64,000 nucleotides of DNA, from positions 260,588 through 324,587 of the forward strand of contig WJKK01000001.1 in NCBI GenBank assembly GCA_014729135.1, in the 5' to 3' direction. Of the stretch, positions 58,228 to 64,000 are shown piece by piece (the first letter of the stretch is position 1; the number at the start of each line of letters is the position of its first letter). The position numbers and the translations under genes were made by a program. The notes below the pieces were generated by a model. It saw nothing but the letters and a program-made list of their open reading frames with translations, had not been told where the DNA came from and searched no databases. The stretch is from a candidate division WWE3 bacterium. Lineage in GTDB: Bacteria; Patescibacteriota; WWE3; UBA101185; UBA10185.

Positions 58228-58830
58228 TTAGAGCTCAATTTCCCACGCGTGCCTAACTTTTTTGTTTTCATCTGTGTATCTGAAAGCAATTTTAGCAATT
58301 TCGATTTTTTTCGGTGCTTCCTCCACGCATTTTTCAAACGCTTCTTCTGCCTTTTCGGGTTTACACCAAATACACATGTTCATATGATCTCCAACTATGC
58401 TTTCTCCCTTACTCCTTGGGTCAATTTTGTGTATATACTCCACGTATTCCCGTGTTGTAGAAACTCCTAGTTTTTCAAGAATTTCTTCGCAGAATCCGGA
58501 AAAATCTTGCAAATGTTTATCGTGGAATCTAAGTGCTATCCAGTTATGCGCTACGTTTTTTTCATCATTAGCCGATTTATGTACGTTGGTTACATGGTCG
58601 TATGTTACCGGAAACGGTTTTTTCTTTTTCAGGGTGTTTTCAAAGGTTTTTTTGATGGTTTCGATTTGTGTCTCGTCTTTATAAACACCGGAGGCCAGTG
58701 TTATATGAGCATCATTAACGTTGTTGCTTCTAGTATCTCTAAATCCGTTTTTATTGAAGAAGAGTCTGATTTCGTTTAATTTTTCTAAGTTTTCCTTTTT
58801 TGGTAAGGCTACTATGAAGAATCTGTTCAT
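58228..58830 (-). CDS. 2H phosphoesterase (2'-5' RNA ligase-like) protein
   Basis: HITL motif and a degenerate second HMN motif. Confidence 0.65.
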   Translation of the reverse strand: MNRFFIVALPKKENLEKLNEIRLFFNKNGFRDTRSNNVNDAHITLASGVYKDETQIETIKKTFENTLKKKKPFPVTYDHVTNVHKSANDEKNVAHNWIALRFHDKHLQDFSGFCEEILEKLGVSTTREYVEYIHKIDPRSKGESIVGDHMNMCIWCKPEKAEEAFEKCVEEAPKKIEIAKIAFRYTDENKKVRHAWEIEL

Positions 58831-58878
58831 GTGAGTATTGTAGCGTGTATTGTTTTGTATTTCCTTTTATTTCCAGGT

Positions 58879-59445
58879 TTATGCAATTAATAATTCCAGC
58901 AATTCGGGGAACTCCTCTGTTCCTAGATTGTCAAAGCAAAAGTGTCCCTTATTCTCAAATTTAGTTACGGGCAAACCATCTACAGCCGAAGTAAGTTTTT
59001 TCACGGATTCGAGAACACTAGGCATATCATCCGCTGAATACAATACGTGAAATTTGTTGGCTTTTGCTACCAAATTCTTATCTACGTCAAAGTCAAAGAA
59101 ATCAGACGTTCTTCTATTTTCCGGATCGAGCCAAGGGGCAACTAGAACTACCTTGTCAACATTAACATCGTTTTCACTCAACCATCTGACTAAAAACCCT
59201 CCCCCGCAGCTATGCCCTACTAGAATTGTTTCCGCTGTTATGTCATGTCTTTCAAACTCTTTTTTCCAATCTTCGTATGTAGGTCCATATGCTTTTGGCA
59301 ATTCGGGTGTCTGCGTAAATATGTCTCTGATCAAAAGCTGCTTTTGCAGCCATGGGAACCAATGACTATTCGATAAAGAGGGATACTCATCACTGTAGTA
59401 CTCTTCTTTATCACAAGAACCATGTAATAGAAGTGCGTTTTTCAT
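58879..59445 (-). CDS. RBBP9/YdeN-family alpha/beta hydrolase
   Basis: LHG, WFPWL, GHSCGG, S.DD and GHF motifs. Confidence 0.9.
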   Translation of the reverse strand: MKNALLLHGSCDKEEYYSDEYPSLSNSHWFPWLQKQLLIRDIFTQTPELPKAYGPTYEDWKKEFERHDITAETILVGHSCGGGFLVRWLSENDVNVDKVVLVAPWLDPENRRTSDFFDFDVDKNLVAKANKFHVLYSADDMPSVLESVKKLTSAVDGLPVTKFENKGHFCFDNLGTEEFPELLELLIA

Positions 59446-59450
59446 ATCAA

Positions 59451-59969
59451 TTATATTTCCTTTAAAACTTTATACCTTAATTGAACTAATTCGTTATTGA
59501 TCTCCTTGGTTTCCAAAAGTTGGAGTTTTACATCTAAATCTGATTTTCCAAAGAGAGTTAGACCCTGTCCTATAATCAGGGGATGCACACTTAACACAAT
59601 CTCATCTATTAAATCCGCCCTTAAAAATTGCCCATTTGTATTTTCACCGCCAATAATCAGTAGATTTTCAAATCCCTTTTTTCTTGCAAAATTCACAATG
59701 TCGTTTGCACTACCTTCCCTTATCGAGAGATTCTCTGCTTCCTTGTGTAAATCTTCATTTGAAGTTAGGACTATGTTAAAGGAGTTTTCTATGGGGAATT
59801 CATCGGAATCAAACTGTTCCATGGTTTTTCTACCCATTATTACAGCATCGCTTGCCTTTATATAGGAGTAGAATTGATCCCAATCAGTCTCAGATACCCA
59901 ACTACTGTCTTCCTGCCCTCTTGTTATGTAGCCATCTATTGATGTAGCCATGTATAAAGTTATTTTCAT
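59451..59969 (-). CDS. RibD C-terminal/dihydrofolate-reductase-family protein
   Basis: ATSIDGYI, MGRKT, IGG and LIDE.....P..IG.G motifs. Confidence 0.9.
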   Translation of the reverse strand: MKITLYMATSIDGYITRGQEDSSWVSETDWDQFYSYIKASDAVIMGRKTMEQFDSDEFPIENSFNIVLTSNEDLHKEAENLSIREGSANDIVNFARKKGFENLLIIGGENTNGQFLRADLIDEIVLSVHPLIIGQGLTLFGKSDLDVKLQLLETKEINNELVQLRYKVLKEI

Positions 59970-60032
59970 GATAATGGAATTATATCAGTTTAGATTTATG
60001 GGAGTTATCCGGTATTATTTGCTTTAGTTAAA

Positions 60033-60177
60033 GGAGCAGCCCACCATTTGCCTTTGGCAAATGCTCCAGGTAGTTTCAACCCTTTTCAAGTTCTGACGAA
60101 CTTGAAAGGTAGCAAACAAATGTTCGCTTTCGCTCACATTTGCTTGGACCAAACGGGTCGCAAAGCGACACGTTTGG
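60033..60177. repeat. Cluster of four tandem hairpins
   Basis: CATTTGCC/GGCAAATG, TTTCAAGTTC/GAACTTGAAA, CAAATGT/ACATTTG and CCAAACG/CGTTTGG inverted repeats. Confidence 0.7.
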
Positions 60178-60250
60178 CTGAGCATACGGATCTAGAACTA
60201 TTTTACTCTCCAGGATGCATTTGAGACAAATGAGACAGTATAAAAAGGTA

Positions 60251-60823
60251 TTAGTTTGTTACATTTGGGTAATAACCATTGAATTCTTCAGTGGACAATA
60301 TATTTTGAGCATCCTGTTTAACTTTAATCTTGCTTTTACTATTAATTCTGGATGGTAAGCAATCCTGAAATATCTTTTTTATAGATTCATTTGGAGGTGT
60401 AATAAACCTATAGCCGCTAATTCTTCTCTCAACCCGATTTACAAGATTTCTGTTGTATTTTTTGCTGCCATTTCCAAAAACAAGCACATAACTCTCTCCA
60501 ACCTCAAACATAGGCACTATTGAAAGAAGTTCCTTTTTACCTTTTTTTAGTTCAACTTTCGGACGTTCAAAGCCATCACGTTTTAAAGTTCGGATGTCTG
60601 TTTTAACACCAAGTCCAGTTACTTCCTCAATATTTTTAAACACTTCAACTGCGTTTTCAAAAGCACACTCGTTTACGAATATATCAACGTCCTCGTTATT
60701 TCTATAAAAATGGCCCTGAACCGCTGCAAGTGCTATACCTCCATAAACCCAATATTCTATTCCACTATTTTCTAGTGAGGGCATAACAGTTTCAAAAATT
60801 ACTTTGAGATGTTTGTTGTTCAT
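60251..60823 (-). CDS. Nucleotidyltransferase (LicD/ANT-like)
   Basis: YWVYGGIA.......R...DVDI motif. Confidence 0.75.
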   Translation of the reverse strand: MNNKHLKVIFETVMPSLENSGIEYWVYGGIALAAVQGHFYRNNEDVDIFVNECAFENAVEVFKNIEEVTGLGVKTDIRTLKRDGFERPKVELKKGKKELLSIVPMFEVGESYVLVFGNGSKKYNRNLVNRVERRISGYRFITPPNESIKKIFQDCLPSRINSKSKIKVKQDAQNILSTEEFNGYYPNVTN

Positions 60824-60829
60824 GTGATT

Positions 60830-61441
60830 TTAGCTTACCTCCACCATAAACATTGCACCATCATAGAAAACATAAACCCAGACATAAATAAACTCTTCAT
60901 CATTATTATAAGCTCTCCAATACCTGAAAACTCCATCTCCAATCTCAGCATATCGGAATTTATTTAGTGTATTATCAATCAGATCTTGAGTCGGTTTCAA
61001 CATGGTTACTTTATATTTTTTGTTTATTGGGTTAATTTCGGGTCTGTGGTGAACTATTAATCCTTTAGTGAGCCTAATCAAAAATTTCTCAGCTCTCTCT
61101 ACAGGAATTGTAATTGCGGAATGTTGTAGTCCCTGTGCATCAGTCAAATTTGTTCTTATTAAGCTTTTTTTAACATTTTCTTTCAGTTTAGGACTCCTTT
61201 TGAATGAAGATCCCATAACCTTATTTTTCCATATCCAAGCGCCTTCAGAAGATCTGTTGATTTGTGCCGTTGTAAAAATTCTAAATGCTTCATCATCAAG
61301 GGATAAAACTTTATGGCAGTCTCCACAACAGCTAACCGTAACTAGGTTATATCTTTTATTTGGTGGAAAAAAACCCTTAGGTGGAATATGATCTCTTGTT
61401 AAATTTTCAGTTGAGCCACAAAGATAACAATTATCTTCCAT
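60830..61441 (-). CDS. HNH-like Zn-binding protein
   Basis: CYLCG....LTRDHIPP.......V.CC..CH motif. Confidence 0.75.
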   Translation of the reverse strand: MEDNCYLCGSTENLTRDHIPPKGFFPPNKRYNLVTVSCCGDCHKVLSLDDEAFRIFTTAQINRSSEGAWIWKNKVMGSSFKRSPKLKENVKKSLIRTNLTDAQGLQHSAITIPVERAEKFLIRLTKGLIVHHRPEINPINKKYKVTMLKPTQDLIDNTLNKFRYAEIGDGVFRYWRAYNNDEEFIYVWVYVFYDGAMFMVEVS

Positions 61442-62556
61442 TACATTCCTGCTAAAATCTCGTGTAGACCGCGATCTTCAATTTTAAATAATTCGTCACT
61501 AATCCCTGAAATATTTTTATATATAGGTATATCTGCAGTTGAAATATAGTATTTTGGAATATCTTGGTATCCAAGATCACGCAGTTTCTTTAAAACACAT
61601 CCGACAAACATATTTATTGCAATATAAAAATGGGGGTCATTCTTAGTTGTAATATCCTCTGTATCGTTGAATACAAAGTCTGTTGTTGAAACTACATTAC
61701 CATGAATAATTCGATGCCTTAGTTTATAGAATTCTTCAGCCCATATTTCCGGTAAAGATAAGTTAAGATTTCTAATTACAGCTCCTGTCTGCGTGTGAAC
61801 TTCGGGATAAGAGTATTTTTGCTCTGAGCTGGGATCACGTGAAACGTAATTTAAAATATTACTTCTAAAATTTGATCTGCTTGATTCCCCAAATAGTAAC
61901 TCAAAGGCCATTATGAGATTTAGTATTCTTGTATGCATTGGTATTTCAGTAGTATTTTTGTATGTGTAAAAGAAAGGTCCTAGGGAATTGTAAATATTTG
62001 CTTTGTCCAAATTAGTTTCCCGATCTTTGTATAAATCTAAAAGCGCGCTAAGGGTAGGAATATCAAAATTCACAGGTTGGTTTGCTACATGTATGTATTC
62101 TGGTTTTTGAAATTGAATTTCATCCATAGTATATCCACCGGTTGATATACCATGAATTGCACCAGCCTGGGTAGAAATCCCAGTATTTCCTATCTGGAAT
62201 CTCTGGTAATAGCTCAAAAAATTATCGCTGGTTATAAAATTCCATGAATTCATTTTTAATATAGAAGGTATAAGTAGTGCCTGTTTTGTGTATTCAATTT
62301 TATCTATTGTCTTTTTGTAGATATTTGGAAACTCATATCTGTAATTAGTTATAATGGTTGGATTTTCTATGCTTCTACCACTGACGTACGTATATGTTTG
62401 AAGAATTTTTTCAAGATGTGTCTTTAAAGCGGTATCACTTATATTTTTATCCTTATATTTATGAAAAGGCCAAATTCTTAAGTTATCAAACCCAATCTCA
62501 CCATTTAAATATAAGTAAGGTAATATTGTGACTGTATTGTAATTTCTTGTTGGCAT
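61441..62556 (-). CDS. HEPN-domain protein (ApeA/RiboL-PSP-like)
   Basis: AFELLF followed by Y.LRHRIIHG (RxxxxH). Confidence 0.7.
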   Translation of the reverse strand: MPTRNYNTVTILPYLYLNGEIGFDNLRIWPFHKYKDKNISDTALKTHLEKILQTYTYVSGRSIENPTIITNYRYEFPNIYKKTIDKIEYTKQALLIPSILKMNSWNFITSDNFLSYYQRFQIGNTGISTQAGAIHGISTGGYTMDEIQFQKPEYIHVANQPVNFDIPTLSALLDLYKDRETNLDKANIYNSLGPFFYTYKNTTEIPMHTRILNLIMAFELLFGESSRSNFRSNILNYVSRDPSSEQKYSYPEVHTQTGAVIRNLNLSLPEIWAEEFYKLRHRIIHGNVVSTTDFVFNDTEDITTKNDPHFYIAINMFVGCVLKKLRDLGYQDIPKYYISTADIPIYKNISGISDELFKIEDRGLHEILAGM

Positions 62557-62562
62557 ACCAAT

Positions 62563-62589
62563 AAAAAACCCACGCTAAACTAAAGCATG
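62563..62589 (-). terminator. Intrinsic terminator immediately upstream of the HEPN gene
   Basis: Minus strand CCCATGCT-loop-AGCGTGGG-TTTTTT. Confidence 0.6.
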
Positions 62590-62635
62590 GGCAGTTACTT
62601 TCTGCATCTATTCTAGTAGAAACATCAACGGAGTG

Positions 62636-62866
62636 CTATTTCTTGCTTGAAGAAACCGTAATTTTAGGCTTTTCTTTTTCTATTTTTGGATGTTTTTTAA
62701 GGAATTCCTTGTTCTCATAGACAAAAAACACTGTGCAGTAAATAGCCCCACTAGAATCTTTAAGCTGGCTGGCCTTCAAAAATCCAGTTCTTACGTATTT
62801 TCCTCTAGTTGCAGGATGAACACCGTGTTTTAAGGCATAAAAGTACTGAAAACATAAGATTAGCAT
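62636..62866 (-). CDS. Small hypothetical protein (possibly a fragment)
   Basis: 76-aa ORF co-oriented with neighbours; no recognisable motif. Confidence 0.35.
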   Translation of the reverse strand: MLILCFQYFYALKHGVHPATRGKYVRTGFLKASQLKDSSGAIYCTVFFVYENKEFLKKHPKIEKEKPKITVSSSKK

Positions 62867-62914
62867 TAAAGTGTATAAATAAAGCCCTTTACCTGCATAA
62901 TAGAAGCATTCTCC

Positions 62915-63670
62915 CTAGTCCTGTGTCTTCTTGATACCTGTTGTGAAAAGGTATAGAGGATAAAAGGAGTATTTTGTAAGTTCTGGATATTTTCCTAATA
63001 CCTTATCATCCTTTAGTAAAGGTTCTTCTGTTTTTACTTTATTAAATCCTACTTGCTCAAATATTTGTTTGTACCTTTCAATAGGTCTCATATAATAGGT
63101 TAAAGGTCCTACCGTTTTATTAAGATACACCTCAAACTGCCGTTCTTTAGTAATATCCTTTGTTAATACATACTTAGGTTTGTCTGTATCTAGGTTCTCC
63201 CAATAACCTACATGAAAAGTATTAGGGTTAATACTTGATGTAACAAAAGTTCCTCCTGGTTTTAAGATTCTAAACATTTCTTTTGCGATGGTGCTCAAGT
63301 CCACTACCCAATGAAACATAAGTGAGGAAATTACTAAGTCAAAGCTATTGTTTTCAAAGGGTAGTTCATGACAGTCCGCTGGAATCAGTTCTATAGCGTC
63401 TTTTTCTATGGCAGTTTCCTCTAGCATATTTGGAAGATCCATTCCCACTAAATTACAATTCTTACAAATAAAGCTTAACTTATTCAACATATAACCATCT
63501 CCACACCCTATGTCTAATATCCTTTTGTTAGTTAAGTCTGGCAGTAAAGAAAAGAAGAAAGGGTCATGGTAAAGCTTCTTAGTTAAGTTGATTTCATTTG
63601 CGGAATTAGGATCTATGCTCTTGACATAAATTTGACTAACTTCCTTATCTTCCCAACTTTTTTTACTCAT
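62915..63670 (-). CDS. Class I SAM-dependent methyltransferase
   Basis: ILDIGCGDG, LPFENNSFDLV and RILKPGG motifs; start placed at MSKKSW. Confidence 0.92.
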   Translation of the reverse strand: MSKKSWEDKEVSQIYVKSIDPNSANEINLTKKLYHDPFFFSLLPDLTNKRILDIGCGDGYMLNKLSFICKNCNLVGMDLPNMLEETAIEKDAIELIPADCHELPFENNSFDLVISSLMFHWVVDLSTIAKEMFRILKPGGTFVTSSINPNTFHVGYWENLDTDKPKYVLTKDITKERQFEVYLNKTVGPLTYYMRPIERYKQIFEQVGFNKVKTEEPLLKDDKVLGKYPELTKYSFYPLYLFTTGIKKTQD

Positions 63671-63693
63671 ATAACTGAAAGGTAGATTAATAT

Positions 63694-64000
63694 CTATCTC
63701 GAAAGGAATTTTGAATTTTTGACATAAAACCGCCAATTTTTATGCTTGTAACCATCTTCATAGTCGCCAATTCCCACTCGTTTATCTGTTTCTACTTCAA
63801 AGTTTACAAAATCCCCTAAATCGCAAATTATTATATCAGAGGTCCTTAAATTTTGCCCATAGTTTTTTTTAGTTATATTTAATGCTTGTGTAATTTTTGC
63901 AGGACCGCTTAAAAGATTAGCTGGCTTTTCAGTACCTCTGCGTCTTTTAATTTCCTCTATTCCAAAGATTGGCTTGATGGCTCTAATTAGGGTTACGTTG
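63694..64000 (-). CDS. DNA-3-methyladenine glycosylase (Mpg/AAG), C-terminal part; continues beyond the window
   Basis: Manual translation gives TLIRAIKP.FG...SGPAKITQAL.I...RVGI...WRFY..NSKFLSR*. Confidence 0.88.
   Translation of the reverse strand, partial: NVTLIRAIKPIFGIEEIKRRRGTEKPANLLSGPAKITQALNITKKNYGQNLRTSDIIICDLGDFVNFEVETDKRVGIGDYEDGYKHKNWRFYVKNSKFLSR

Noticed and set aside
57766-64000. Run of short co-oriented accessory genes resembling an integron cassette array
   Set aside because: Spacers are mostly 0-50 bp, no repeated attC-like RYYYAAC...GTTRRRY structures were found, and no integrase is in the window.
1-64000. CRISPR arrays, rRNA, IS elements or prophage
   Set aside because: No regularly spaced repeats, rRNA-like tracts, transposases or phage structural genes were recognised.

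Overview
A 64-kb gene-dense, AT-rich bacterial chromosome segment. The gene content (short AlaRS, DUF4012, PEGA, VanW, FemAB pair, many leaderless starts) suggests a CPR/Patescibacteria genome, possibly WWE3-like; this is an inference. Housekeeping genes include tsaE/tsaB, alaS, groES/EL with a CIRCE operator, hsp20, rnhA, a UvrD-nuclease fusion, pepF, orn, rmuC, greA, lysS, serS, uppP, secA, tRNA-Tyr and tRNA-Glu. Main points: (1) Two complete T-box riboswitches (Tyr specifier UAC, Lys specifier AAA), each separated from its cognate synthetase by unexpected cargo genes. The Tyr unit holds an STM4013-like hydrolase, a PqqB-like MBL hydrolase broken by an (AAGT)5 tract, a C1:G72 tRNA-Tyr, an aminotransferase, YbaK and an archaeal-type TyrRS. 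The Lys unit holds an ATP-grasp ligase, an M20 peptidase and lysS, and is preceded by an ACT protein, a split LysO and DUF2000. (2) A kb-scale sawtooth of C/A-rich to G/T-rich strand composition that resets at discrete sites, including GTCAT-type palindromes inserted in frame in genes. (3) Odd fusions or remnants: Orn with an antitoxin-like tail, CYTH with a Gre-like coiled coil, and a possible LysRS-I anticodon-domain fragment. (4) An AT-rich accessory block at the right end containing a HEPN-HNH-nucleotidyltransferase trio. All family calls come from motif recognition by eye, not database searches.
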